DNA of 64,000 nt from Octopus vulgaris (taxonomy: Eukaryota): positions 29,388,001 to 29,452,000 of the forward strand of contig OX597829.1 in the NCBI GenBank assembly GCA_951406725.2. The letters are read 5' to 3'. The notes beneath the pieces are model-generated. The model searched no databases. It was not told the DNA's origin and worked only from the letters and a program-made list of their open reading frames with translations. Shown here one piece after another: positions 41,870 to 56,019 of the stretch. Made by a program: the position numbers and the translations under genes. Position 1 is the first letter of the stretch. Each line of letters opens with the position of its first letter.

Positions 41870-42700
41870 TTTGCAACACTGCTTATTGCCAGTCAGTATG
41901 ATCCTTTATCATCTCCTTTATATGCAGCATCTTTATATGAAGTCAGTCTACTCACTTCATGCTGTCTCCCTTAGTCTCACTCTTGCACAAGTTCCACTAA
42001 CTTGAAGTGTTTGGAATTTCATTAAACAGCAGTCATCCTCCATATGTATCACATATCCCTACCAGAACAATCTTTTCTCTTGCACACTACATCTGATTCT
42101 GCCTACATCCAGATTTTACCTTGGCTCTTTCGTTCTCTAGTGTTCATGCACACTAACATTACATGTTCATTAGAGCATGCTGGTTTAGTTTCTGTCCAGT
42201 CTTTGCAAATCTGCATTAATGATTCCAGTTTTGCTACCATACAACAATTCTAACACAAGCACAAGCATCAAACAATCTACCCTTCCCTCTGAAGGAAGAA
42301 ACTCTTTAAACATTTTTCAACCTGTTCTTACCCTAGCTACTATAATATCTGAACAATTTCCTCTGCTAATTATGCATCCCAGGTAACAAATGCTAACAAC
42401 TACATCTAGTAAGCCATCCATGCATTTAAGAGAATCTATTTCCACTGCACCCACCAAATACATGTTAGTCTGCCTGTGATTCCACTACATCTCTTGAGTG
42501 TCCATAGCTTATATTGAATACAGCACATGGAGTTTATACCAATGTCTTTCTTCTTATCAAACAAGTTCATATCTCTAAAGATACCAGAGTCCTGTTTACT
42601 TTCCTACTCACTAAGTTAATTGATGTTAAGGCTTCTAAAAATTCCAGGTAAAACTTATGCTTAGCTGCTCTTTTAGCGACTTGATACTGTCCCCTACTAG
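41870..42700 (-). mobile_element. Decayed RTE LINE fragment
   Basis: Reverse-complement similarity to 16050-16850. Confidence 0.7.
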
Positions 42701-42774
42701 TACCTTCATCCTGTTTGTGTGCATGCATACACACATACACACACACACTTGAAATTAGATAAATGAAATGCTAA

Positions 42775-43005
42775 ATAAGAATTACATAATGAACTACATT
42801 AGTTAACAATTATTTGTATGATAAGATGTGGTACACTTAGAGCAGAGTGTTTGCGCATCATCTTATGGCATCTTCAGAGCTCCTAAATTCTTTTCAGAAG
42901 CTCTGATGAAGCTTTAAGGTGATACACAAGCACACAGCTCTTAGTGCATTGCATCTTATAGCAGAAATTAGCTGTAAGTTAATGAAGTTGATTATGTAAT
43001 TCCTG
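42775..43005. ncRNA. Inverted pair of hammerhead-bearing repeats (Penelope pLTR-like)
   Basis: Plus copy 42898-42980: AGCT-CTGATGA-aGCTtTAAGGTG...CATCTTAtAGCa-GAAA-TTAGCTG-TA^AGTT. Diverged minus copy starting at ~42881: AGCT-CTGAAGA-TGCCATAAGATG...CATCTTAT...cAAATAATTGTT. Both are followed by a shared ATTATGTAATTC tail. Confidence 0.6.
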
Positions 43006-44103
43006 TTCTCATATCATTTAATTTGTTTCAACAGTATTTACAGACTTGTATTAATGTATTAGAGTTTAATGATGCATTATCAGTTGATCTCCATTATCAT
43101 AGATATATTTTATGATGGTTAAATATCAAAGCTCTCTCATTCTTTTCTCTCTCTCTATATATATGTGTGTGTATGTATATATATCATCATCATCATCGTT
43201 TAACGTCCGCTTTCCATGCTAGCATGGGTTGGACGGTTCAACTGGGGTCTGGCAAGCCCGAAGGCTGCACCAGGCCAGTCAGATCTGGCAGTGTTTCTAC
43301 AGCTGGATGCCCTTCCTAACGCCAACCACTCCAAGAGTGTAGATTTATATATATATATAGAGAGAGACAGAGAGACACACACACACATAATATAGGGACA
43401 TGCATATGTATATATAAATGTATGCTTGCATATATATATATATATATATATACATCTATATATGCATGTGTACGTGTATATATATATATATGGGCAACCT
43501 TTTTTTTTATGAAGCAGGCAACATGAAACATAGCTCAACATTAGGTGCATACTACCAAAAAAAAAATTCAAGGTAATTTATCATTAGGTGTGCCAAGAAA
43601 GCCCTGCGGGTTACCATTTGCCAATGGCTGATATCTATGCTTGCATGTATGTGTATACATACATACATAATCAACATCATCATCATTTAATGTTTATTTT
43701 CCATCCTGGCATTGGTTAGGTGGCATATATATAGATATATTTTGCAAAAGCAACAGAGTGACTCAAATGACAAGAGTTTCATACATTGGCATTTTTCAAA
43801 ATTTGATAAGTTCCAGTGCATGAAACTCTCAGACCGTAAGCCACTGTGTTACTTCTGCTAAATATTAATAACAATATATATATACTCATATTTTGAGTCC
43901 TATTTTTGCTTGTTCGCATCACTGTACCTGTATTTATATATAGGCATAAGTGTAGCTAGGCGCAAGCATACCTGTGTGATAAGATGCTTACTACCTAACC
44001 ACATTATTCTGGGTTCATCCCACTGCGTGGCACCTTGTGAGTGGACTTGGTAGATGGAAACTGAAAGAAGCCTTTCGTATATATATATATATATATACGA
44101 GCA

Positions 44104-44478
44104 GGAGTGACTGTGTGGTGGGTGGCTTGCTAACCAGCCACATGGTTCCGGGTTCAGTCCCACTGCGTGGCATCTTGGGCAAGTGTCTTCTGCTATAGCC
44201 CCGGGCCGACCAATGCCTTGTGAGTGGATTTGGTAGACGGAAACTGAAAGAAGCCTGTCGTATATATGTATATATATATGTGTATGTGTGTTTGTCCCCC
44301 TAGCATTGCTTGACAACCGATGCTGGTGTGTTTACGTCCCCGTCACTTAGCAGTTCGGCAAAAGAGACCGATAGAATAAGTACTGGGCTTACAAAGAAAA
44401 AGTCCCGGGGTCGATTTGCTCGACTAAAGGCGGTGCTCCAGCATGGCCACAGTCAAATGACTGAAACAAGTAAAAGAG
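44104..44478 (+). mobile_element. tRNA-derived composite SINE (cephalopod-type)
   Basis: tRNA-like head with A/B boxes (tgtgtgg...ggttcagtccc), CORE-like cttgggcaagtg, a TA spacer and a 3' module ending gactgaaacaagtaaaagag. Confidence 0.88.
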
Positions 44479-45310
44479 TATATATATATATATAATATGT
44501 GTGTATGTCTTGTTTGTCCTCCCAACATCACTTGAAAACCAATTCTGGTGTGTTTACGTCCCCAAAACTTAAAGGTTCAGCAAAAGAGACCTATAGAATA
44601 AGTCCTGGGTTTAGTTTGCTTGACTAAAGGCAGTGCTCCAGCATGGCCGCAGTCACGTGACTAAAACAAGTTAAAAAGAATCTGTATGTATATGTATTTA
44701 TATATAATTATGTATATGTATGGGGGACATAAATACTGGTGTTGGTGTGTTTATGTCCCTGTAGCTTAGCAGTTTGGCAAAAGACTGATAAAATAAGTAG
44801 CCAGTACTTACTTTAAAAAATAAGTACTGGGGTAGATACATTCTATTAAAAATTCTTCAAGGCAGTATGGTCATAGTCTATTGAAACAAGTCAAACATAA
44901 AAGATATATATATATATATATATCTGAACTTCTACAAGGCTGACTGGAAATCCATTAAAACACGGATTATCCAACTAAACTGGCTCAAAGAATTAATATC
45001 AATAATGTGAGCAATATGCATTAAATTTGTCCAAGAGGAAAGAGCAACTACATTCATTCCTCAACACAGGAGAATCACACAGCATATTGATATTCTATCA
45101 ATATGCCTTTTGACTATAAAGTATGTAGAATCATAAAAAAAAAAAAAATTCTATAGATAACCACTCCCATCCTAACCAGGAACAATTGTTGACCACAACA
45201 ATTGCTGCTACTGATGCTATTGAATTAATGTTCAGAGTTTACTACTGCTACCAAGTCTAATTCAAACTAATTGAGGAGGAAAATTCCTCTTCAAATGATG
45301 TCAAATTATT

Positions 45311-45401
45311 TGCCCTGAAGAGATTGCACCAATAATGCATAAATCACTGCATAAGAACATGAAACAATTTGCAATTGGTGCAATCAAAATATGTGTTGGA
45401 C
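45311..45401 (+). ncRNA. Degenerate hammerhead ribozyme motif with extended stem II
   Basis: CC-CTGAAGA-GATTGCACCAAT...ATTGGTGCAATC-aAAA-TATGTG-TT^GG. Perfect 12-bp stem II. GAAA>AAAA is consistent with CpG decay. Confidence 0.55.
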
Positions 45402-45654
45402 TTTTATTCTTACTGGAAATTAAACTTAAAGTCTGAATGTTCAAATTCTTCTTTCTCTTTTGATATTGTTCTTTATACTCTAAGTAACCAAAAAATAAAC
45501 TGGAACATTAGATGAGAGCCAAAAAAAACCACACCATCAGAATAACCAGCCTTGGAATTTTACTCAGAGATATTCGATATCTGCCTGGACATCATATCCC
45601 TCCTTTTACTATATATATATGTGTGTGTCTGTACTTGGTGGCTATTACTCATAT

Positions 45655-48400
45655 ACTGTATGTCATACCAGTACTCTTGCTGAACATCAGGGGCCTTTTA
45701 ATGTAACATCAATATCTGAAAGACTTGGTGATATATAATCAAGCAATATACATGGCACTAACAGAAACACATCTGAACGCAGACATATCAGATGCTGAGA
45801 TACACATACCAAAATATGTTGTGTCTCAAACAGACAGGAGAGAAAGGACTCATAGTAGAATTGTAATATACATCTGCCATGCCTGTAGGCCTACTGTTAC
45901 ACTCAAACTGGGTCTGTGACACTGGTGATACACATTAAACAGATGAAAATAGTAATATATACTACATATTGACTACCAGGTGCTCCAAATCATGGGGACT
46001 CTTTTGAAGGGAGACTCAAAAAGATGGGAGAAGTATTAACCAGCATTGATGATAATTTGCACATACTTCTTTTAGGGGACTTCAACCTCTCTAATGTCGA
46101 ATGGCTTGAAGGCTGCTTTCTCTCAGGTATGTCACTGCAAGGCCAGAGACATGCAGAATCTCTGCTTCACCTAACAAACATGCTCTTCATGGAGCAAATA
46201 GAGCTCCACCCAAGGAGTAAAAATGTTCTGAACCTCTGCTTCACAAATAATACAGTGCTCATCCATAATGTTAGGGTGACACTGCCGATTCTCTTGGACC
46301 ATAACTTTATAGAACTAAAATTGTATGGTCTGCAGAAAACTGCAGACATGTAGGCTATAAGACACATCCAGCTCGTCTCCAGCCTGAACTTTCATAAAGC
46401 TGCTTGGAAGGGCATTCAGAAAGAGGTCATGGAACAAAACTAGTCTACCAGTCTCTTGACACAAGATATTGACATAAAGCTGCAGTGCTTTATAACATTG
46501 CTCGAGATTGAAAATTAACTCAAACATTCCCATGAAAAGGAGAGGACAGAAAAAGAAGCCAGGGCTGTCAATAATATTAAGACAAACCCTAAAGCATTCT
46601 ATAGATATGTAAAAGAGTCTGCTTCAGTACAGTACAAGATAGGGCACTGTTCGAAGAAAATGGCTCACCAACTGCAGACCCCAAGAGGATCAGTGAAATA
46701 CTGAATGTGTAATACAAGAGTATTTTCAAAATACTATTGGGGCACTTGCAAGTACCTATGCATTATGAGTCTTCAGCACTACAACTGTACACAAAGAAAT
46801 GGCAATTATGGATAACATCAAAATAGAGGAAACAAATGTAATATCAACCAATGATAAAATGACTTCAAAATCAGCCACAGACCCGGAAGGATTACCAGCA
46901 ATCCTCCTAAACAAATACAAAGGGGCTCTAGCAAGACTACTACAGATTCTCTTCCTCACAACTGGGAGACTTCCCAAAACGTTAAAGGAAGGCATGATAT
47001 GTCCTATCTATAATGGAGGTAGCTGAAAAGATGGTAAAAATTATAGACCTGTTTCTTTAACCTCCCATGTCAACAAAATCATGGAATGCATTGTCAGGAG
47101 GAAACTGATTGCCTTCCTTGAAGATAATGACTTGTTTCCTGATACTCAGCATGACTTCTGCCCTGGAAGAAGCTGTCTTACACAGCTTTTGCAGCACTAT
47201 GATTGGGTGTTGAAACAATTAATGAATTGTTCAAACATTGATGTGATGTCTCAATTTTGCAAGGGCCTTTGATAAGGTTAATCATGAGATATGTCATAAT
47301 CTATGGAGACTCAGGAAACTGGTTGCATAACTTCTTAAAAGACAGAAACCAGGCCGTGACAGCCAATGGGACACTCTCCAAAGAAATAGTAATAGAGTGA
47401 AGTGCCTCAGGGAACTGTATTGGGGCAGCTACTGTTCATGGTTGTATCTTTCAGAGATGCCATCAGTTACACAGACAGCCACACTTAATAACTATGCCAA
47501 TGGTACAAAAGTACAAGCAGTCTAGGAACCTTCTGATGCTAATCTTCTACAGAAAGACTTAGATGCTATATATAAATGAGCTGAAAAAAACAACATGCAA
47601 TTTAATGCAAGTAAATTCCAATCCTTCCGCTACCAGCTGCAACAAAGACACTTTGGACTAAAAGGAGCGGCCATCCCAGAGTCAAGTACAGTGTGTGATC
47701 TGGAGATTGATATGAGCAATGATGCCTTGTTTCACATACATATCACTAAGATAGTAGCAATGTGCAGGCAAATGGTTTGATGGATTCTGAGAACTTTGAG
47801 AACAAGGGATCAGGAAACTATGCTGGTTCTATGGAGGACATTTGTACTCTGCTATCTGGACTACTGCTCTCAACTGTGGTCAAGTTAATAGCAGAACTTG
47901 AAGCAATTCAGTGATGCTACACCAAAAAAATTGCATCAATGGAACAAGTGAGCTACCGGGAGAGACTGAAGGATCTACAACTCTGCTACCTGGAGCAAAG
48001 ATGAGAGAGGTATGCAGTGATATATGTATGGAAGATCCTGGAGGGGCTGGCACCAAACTTTGGTGTCAAAAGTTATATCAACCACCAAATTGGACGTCAC
48101 TGCACTGTTCCAAATGTCTCAGGTATCCTGTTTAGAGCAAGGACCTTTTACAGCATTAGCTTGGGGTTCAAGGGCCCACTGCTATTTAATGCCTTGCCAA
48201 AAAATCTGAGGGATCTTCAAGAAGTAGGAATGGATGTTTTCAAGAAACAACTTGACCTCCTGCTGTCCAAGGTCACAGATGAACCTATATAAAGGCAGGA
48301 AACTCAAAAGAGGGCATCACTGTCAAACTCCTTCAGCAAAAGCCAATCACATAAGAATGGTCATTGAAAAGGAGATTACACTGTCTGCAGCCTAAGGATT
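45655..48400 (+). mobile_element. Decayed CR1/L2-group LINE ORF2 (APE endonuclease + RT)
   Basis: Motifs LLLNIRGL, ALTETHL, LLGDFN, LDHN, NYRPVSLTSH, QHDFCPGRSCLTQLL, PQGTVLG and IYVWKILEG, broken by many stops and frameshifts. Confidence 0.92.
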
Positions 48401-51045
48401 GCAACATATAAGAATGAAAGAATATATTTGTATTTATGTATGCAACTATATGTATATATATGCATATATATATATATATGAGGGAAGTATTCAGATCAAA
48501 ATCATCATCATCATCGTTTAGCGTCTGTTTTCCATGCTAGCATGGGTTGGACGATTTGACTGGGCTCTGGGAAGCCAGTCTGATCTGGCATTGTTTCTGC
48601 AGCTGGATGCCCTTCCTAATGCCAACCACTCCATGAGTGTAGTGGGTGCTTTTTGCATGCCACTGGCACGGAAGCCAGTCAGGGCGGCGCTGGCATCGAC
48701 CACGTATGGATGGTGCTTTTTGCATGCAACCAGCACAGGTGCCAGGGGAGGCTGGCGACGGCCACAATCGGTTGGTGCTTTTTATGTGCCACCGGCATGG
48801 AAGCCAGTCAAGGCGGTGCTGGCATCGGCCACATACGGATGGTGCTTTTTTAGGTACCAGGGTAGGCTGGCAACAGCCATGATTGGTTGGTGCTTTTTAC
48901 ATGCCACTGGCGATACAATTTACCTCTTAGCATTTACTTGTTTCAGTCATTGGCTTATGGCCTTGCTGGGGCACTGCCTTGAAGGGTTTAGTCAAACAAA
49001 TTGACCCTAGTACTTGTTTTTAACTCTGGTTTATTCCATTGGTCTCTTTGCTAAGCCACAAAGTTATGGGACATAGATAAACTAGCATCAGTTTGTCAAG
49101 CAGTGGGGGAGGGCTCACAGAGCATTGGTCAACTCGGGGTTTTAGCAGAAGTATCATTGCCAGGCACCATGTGGTTGGAAAGCATGCTTCTTAACCATCC
49201 AGCCATGCCTGTTGGTTAAAGAATTGTCAAACAGATCAAGTGGTTGGAACCTGTGAACAACATGGGAAGAATTAATGAAAGCTGATTTCAGGATGTTGAA
49301 CTTCAGGAATGAGATGACAAAAGAAATTTGACAAATTGACTGATACTGTGCTGGAGGGATCCATCCAACCCATGCAGTCATGAAAAAACAGGTGTAAAAT
49401 TCATGATAATGATATTGCTTCATGTTATTTATGTACTATTGCACATCAGCGTCGCTTTACTGGCACTTGAGCCCCGTGCTAGTAGGGTGTTAAGAGCACC
49501 ATCCGAGTGTGATCGTTGCCAGAGAGGCTATCTGGCCTCCGTGCTGGTGGCACATAAAAGACACCATTCGAGCGTGACCGTTGCTAGCATCGCCTTACTG
49601 GCACCTGTGACGGTGGCATGTGTAAAAAGATTCGATGAGGTTGTTGCCAGTTCCGCCTGACTGGCCCTCGTGCCGGTGGCACGTAGAAGCACCCACTGCA
49701 CACTCAGAGTGTTTGGTGTTAGGAGGGGCATCCAGCTGTGGAAGCTCTGCCAGATCAAGATTGAAGCCTGGTGCAGCCATCTGGGTCGTCCAGCCCATGC
49801 TAGCATGGAAGGCGGACGTTGGACGACGACGTTGATGATGATGAAAGACTCTGTTTCTGCTCTGTTCAGGGCCCATTATCCCCAGCATTATTTTCATTAT
49901 TAAAACTTCTTCTACTACTATCTCCATCGTCATCACCACCATGATGATGATCATCATCACCATGATTATCTTCGTTATTATTTTAACCTTTTGATACCAA
50001 CTTGCCCAAGACTGCATCCTGGTTCTCTGATGCAAAACCTGTTTTAAAATTATCTAAATTAAAACAACCCAACAGAATTTTATGTTAATTCATGTTCCAA
50101 ACATTAGCTTAATCCTTTAGCATTTAAACTGGCCATATCTGACCTATATTATACTGCCTGTTTTACATTTAAACTGACTAGATCCAGCCTCTCACACCTA
50201 TCCTACAATGCCATTCTAAAAATAAACAATCACATCATTGAAATCCGAAAGCTATGAGATAATGCATTATAGGCGCAAGGAGTGGCTGTGTGGTAAGTAG
50301 CTTGCTTAACAACCACATGGTTCCGGGTTCGGTCCCGCTGCGTGGCACTTTGGGTGGCCGACCAAGGCCTTGTGAGTGGATTTGGTGGACGGGAGCTGAA
50401 GGAGGCCCGTGTCGTATATATGTATGTGTATAACATCGCTTCACTGTCACCTGTGCCGGTCGCACGTGTAAAAAGATTCGAGCGAGGTCATTGCCAGTAC
50501 CGCCTGACTGGCCCCCGTGCTGGTGGCACGTAAAAAGCACCCACTACACTCTCAGAGTGGTTGGCATGAGGAAGGGCATCCAGCTGTAGAAACTTGTGCC
50601 ATATCAAGATTGGAGCCTGGTGCAGCCATCAGGCTCACCAGCCCTCAGTCAAAATCCTCCAACCCATGCTAGCATGGAAAGCAGACGTTAAACGATGATG
50701 ATGATGATATATATATATATATATATATCATAATAACAATAAGGATTCTTAAAAGAATTGGAGAGATAAATGATATGCACCAGCTAGGGTTGAGCTAACT
50801 TGTGATTGCTAACCTTAGTCGAATAAATATCCTGTAAAATATTCAGGTTGAGTATTTAGTGCCTACGGACTGGTTCAAAGCAAACGCTGTGTTGATTCTT
50901 TATCATACATTACATATTATATCCTAGAATGTCTGATATATTGTGAATTCCTTTGGTGCATTATAGGCAAATGAATAATAACAGACCATGGATACATGTC
51001 AGTTCATTACAGCCATTTCTTACACATGTTTAATAAATGAATGAG

Positions 51046-51217
51046 TACATATATATATATATATATGTATGTATATATGTATCTATGTATGTATATATGT
51101 ATCTATGTATGTATATGTATCTATGTATGTATATGTATGTATATATGTATGTATGTATATATGTATATATATGTACATATATGTATGTATGTATATGTAT
51201 GTATATATATATGTATA

Positions 51218-51251
<34 letters not shown>

Positions 51252-52213
51252 CATACATATATATATATATATACATACATACATATATATATATATGTAT
51301 ATGTATATGTATATATGTATGTATATGTATATGTATATATGTATGTATATGTATATGTATATATATATGTATATATGTATATATATATATACATGTATAT
51401 ATATGTATATATGTACTTATATGTATATATATGTATATATATATGTATATGTATATATGTGTATGTATGTATATATGTGTATGTATATGTGTATATATAC
51501 GTATATAATGTGTATATATACATATATATATGTATATATATATTTGTATATATATGTATGTATATATATGTATATATATGTATGTATATATATATATGTA
51601 TACTCTCTTTTACTTGTTTCAGTCAATTGACTGCGGCCATGCTGGAGCACCGCCTTTAGTCGAGCAAATCGACCCCGGGACTTATTCTTTGTAAGCCCAG
51701 TACTTATTCTATCAGTCTCTTTTGCCGAACCGCTAAGTGACGGGGACGTAAACACACCAGCATCGGTTGTTAAGCAATGCTAGGGAGACAAACACAGACA
51801 CACATATACATACACACACACACACATATATATATATACATATATACGACAGGCTTCTTTCAGTTTCCGTCTACCAAATCCACTCACAAGGCATTGGTCG
51901 GCCCGGGACTATAGCAGAAGACACTTGCCCAAGATGCCACGCAGTGGGACTGAACCCGGAACCATGTGGTTGCTTAGCAAGCTACTTACTACACAGCCAC
52001 TCCTGCGGTGTGTATATATATATGTATATATATATATATATGTGTATATATATATGTGTGTATATATATGTGTAATATGTATATATATATATATATGTAT
52101 ATATGTATATATTTGTATGTATATGTGTATATATATATGTATATATATATGTATATGTATATATATATATGTATATATATATATGTATATATATGTGTGT
52201 ATATATATATTTG

Positions 52214-52244
<31 letters not shown>

Positions 52245-52443
52245 GTATATATATGTGTATATATATGTGTGTATATATATATGTGTATATATATGTGTGT
52301 ATATATATATTTGTATATATATGTGTATATATATATATATATGTATATATATGTGTATATATATATGTGTGCATATATATATTTGTATATATATATGTCT
52401 ATATATATGTGTATATATATATGTGTATATATATATGTGTATA

Positions 52444-52487
<44 letters not shown>

Positions 52488-53782
52488 GAGGTAGGTACAT
52501 ACATATATGTATGTATATATGCATATGTTTTATTTATTTATTAATTTATTATGTGACAGAATGCACGCATCCGTTTCTAAGTAAGATTGTTCTTAATATT
52601 AATAATGATGCGCACCCTTGACCTTTCTCTCCTCCTCCCTTTCTCAGCCTCCATTCTCTCCTTTTCTTCTACCTTACTGTCTCTCCCTCTCTCTCTCTCA
52701 TTCTTCATTCTTTTCTCTACAACCATTCCCTTTTTTTCCTCTCCCCTTCTCTTACTCCTTCTCCTCCCTCCCATCGCGGACACGTGATGAGAAGGCCACT
52801 ACTGTCTTTCTTCTGGCTCCCTCCAAGTCGAGATGGCAAATCTGTTGCTCCCTCGCCGTTCTCAAAAAATAGCGTTCGTAAAATATTTTCTTTCGTTTGG
52901 CTTAACAGCCCTTCTTGTTTGTGTTACTGTTATTCTCCTTGTCCTGTCTTTTACTGTTTATATTTTGTACCGTCGTTACTGTCTTGTTTTTGTTACCATT
53001 TTTACCCCTCCGCAAAAAAATCTCAAATTTTATTTAATTTGATTTTCGCGGGAAGGAAAGTTTCATTAAAGTCATGTATCGCCTTGACCTTCGAAACGTG
53101 GAGTAGATGAAACAAAGGCGACTGAAGAAGGGGAATTTTCCTTGTTTTGTATGTCCTGTACTCTATTTTTTCGTTGTTTAAGAAAAATGTCCATTTCCTT
53201 GGTTTTGTGTTTATGTTTTCGTTTCTCATTGTGTTCGACAGTTGTTTTGTATCCTGTACCCATATATGCATGTATATATACATGTAGAGGTTGGTACGTA
53301 CATATATGTATATATGCATATGTTTTATTTATTCATTAATTTATTATATATATATATGTGTGTGTGTGTATATGTATATATATATGTGTGTATATATATG
53401 TATGTATATGTGTATATGTATATATATATATATATGTGTGTATATATATGTATGTATATGTATATATGTATATATATATGTATATATATATGTATATATA
53501 TATTATATGTATATGTATATATGTATACGTATATATATATGTATATATATATATATGTATATATATGTGTATGTATATATATATGTATATATATGTGTAT
53601 GTATATATATATGTATATATATATGTGTGTATATATATATATTTGTGTGTATATATATGTGTATATATATATGTGTGTGTATATATATGTGTATATATAT
53701 ATGTGTGTGTATATATATGTGTATATATATATGTGTGTATATATATATCTGTATATATATATGTATATGTATATATATATAC
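51046..53782. repeat. Compound (TA)n/(TATG)n arrays (51046-51602, 52010-52485, 53345-53782)
   Basis: Read directly from the sequence. Source of the spurious YI/MC-rich ORFs. Confidence 0.95.
51605..52002 (-). mobile_element. Same SINE family, full length
   Basis: Near-identical reverse complement of 44104-44478. Confidence 0.88.
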
Positions 53783-53785
53783 TCT

Positions 53786-54183
53786 CTCTTTTACTTGTTT
53801 CAGTCATTTGACTGCGGCCATGCTGGAGCACTGCCTTTAATCGAGCAACTCTACCCCAGGACTTATCCTTTTGTAAGTCCAGTACTTATTCTATCGGTCT
53901 CTTTTGCCGAATCGCTGAGTAACGGGGACATAAACACACCAGCATCGGTTGTCAAGCAATGCTAGGGGGATAAACACAGACACACAAACAGGCACACGCA
54001 CATATATATATACATATATACGACGGGCTTCTTTTAGTTTCCATCTACCAAGTCCACTCACAAGGCTTTGGTCGGCCCGAGGCTATAGTAGAAGACACTT
54101 GCCCAAGGTGCCACGCAGTGGGACTGAACCCGGAACCATGTGGTTGGTAAACAAGCTACTTACCACACAGCCACACTTGCGCC
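53786..54183 (-). mobile_element. Same SINE family, full length
   Basis: Direct repeat of 51605-52002 with modest divergence. Confidence 0.88.
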
Positions 54184-54198
54184 TATTCTATGTATATA

Positions 54199-54232
<34 letters not shown>

Positions 54233-55441
54233 CGAGGGATGTTCAATAAGTAATGCCTCTGACCCACTTGCCTCTGACCCACTCTATCTCTATAGAGTAA
54301 GTGGCAAATTACAGCTCTGAATTAATTGTGGCTTCTGATTTACAGGTGTTTGAACCGAGTCAAGTGTGAAATGGAGCCTGTTGAGTGTCGAGCAGTGATC
54401 CGGTTTTTGTATTTGAAAGGACGTACACCACGGGAGACTTTTGATGAAATGAAAGTAACTTATGGTGATGATGCCCCATCATATGGCCTTGTAAAACGCT
54501 GGCATCGTGAATTCAAACATGGTCGGAACTCTGTGGAAACAGCTCCCAGATCTGGTCGCCCCCTTCTGCCATTGATGAGGCATCTGTCCGTCAAGTTGAG
54601 GCTGCCATTTTGGAAGATCGATGCATAATTATTCGCCAAATAGCCCATGAGGTCAAGATTAGTACCGGGTCTGTGGAAACTATCATTCATGACCATTTGC
54701 ATATGCAAAAGGTGTCTGCCAGATGGATTCCCAGGTTGCTCACGCCTTTCCAGAAGCAAGTACGCGTCGAGTGCTCGAGGGTGAATTTGGAGATGTGCCA
54801 AGAAGATGAGTCAAAATTTTTCAAAAGACTGATTACACAGGATGAAACCTGAGTCCATCACGATGATCCAGAGACCAAAGCCCAGTCAATGCAGTGGAAG
54901 CACTGTGACTCACCCCCTCCAAAGAAGGCAAGGGTGTAGTGATGACAGATTTCCTGGCAAAGGGTACCACAATTACAGGAGCCTATTATGCTTCACTTTT
55001 GAGGAAATTAAGAGAAGTTATCAAAATCAGGAGGTGGGGCAAGATCAGCAAAGGCATCCTCCTCCTGCAGGACAACGCTCCGGTTCACAACTCGCTTGTC
55101 GCCAGATCAGAAGCACAGGCGTATGGCTATGAACTCCTCCCCATCCCCCTACTTTCCTGACCTTGCACCCTCTGATTTTCACCTCTTCCCAATCATGAAG
55201 TTGTTTTTGAAAGGAAAGCGTTTCCCAGATGATGCAGCCTTGATTTCTGAAGTCACGTTGAGGTTGGAGGACCAAGCTGGGTTCTTCTACAAAAACGGTC
55301 TCCAGAGCCGCATCAAACGATGGGAGAAATGCGTAACTCTGGGTGGTTCCTATGTAGAAAAAGACTAATAACTGTGCCAAGTTTCATTGCTCTACTGCTA
55401 TGGGAAGTGGGTCAGGGGCATTACTTATTGAACGCCCCTCG
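54233..55441 (+). mobile_element. Mariner (DD34D-type) DNA transposon, defective
   Basis: ~37-bp TIRs CGAGGG(AT/GC)GTTCAATAAGTAATGCC(T/C)CTGACCCACTT with TA on both sides. Transposase fragments 54371-55368 include ARWIPRLL, ITQDET, LLQDNAP and PDLAPSDF, with frameshifts, a stop and an internal deletion. Confidence 0.96.
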
Positions 55442-55473
<32 letters not shown>

Positions 55474-56019
55474 CACATATATGTATATATATGTGTATAT
55501 ATATATGTATATATGTATATATATATATATATGTATATATACGTATATATATATATGTATATATATGTATTGTTATGAACCTACCGTCACTCAACTCGAA
55601 CCCGGGACTCTACTAAGTCGAGCGACGACGATTGACCAGGCTCAGTCGAACGGAATCCGCCACAAAGAAAACGGTGGTGGGGATGGCAGCGAACTCGAAC
55701 CGGTAACCGGAGATAACAACAACAACATCAGCAGGAAGAGAGAGACATGGCGGAAGGCAGTAGCTTACATTTAAGAACAGTTTATACAATTATTGCAACA
55801 TCAAATAAAACGTAAAACATATCAGATACATAAAAGAAAATAACATGCAACAGAATTAAAAAGGAAAACAACAAATGCATTTAAACATAACACGTCGTTC
55901 AAAAACAATCAAAACATTAATGTCAACGCAATATAGAGTTCGAAACAGTTCAAATCAAAGTCTTTCTCTTTCCTTCTTACTCTTTCTTTAACACAATGTT
56001 CTTTTCCCTTCTTTTCTTG

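Noticed and set aside
53088-53145. Permuted (type II) hammerhead: CGAAACGTGGAGTA...CTGAAGAAGGGG
   Set aside because: Core words are present but stem I cannot be paired and stem II is out of register.
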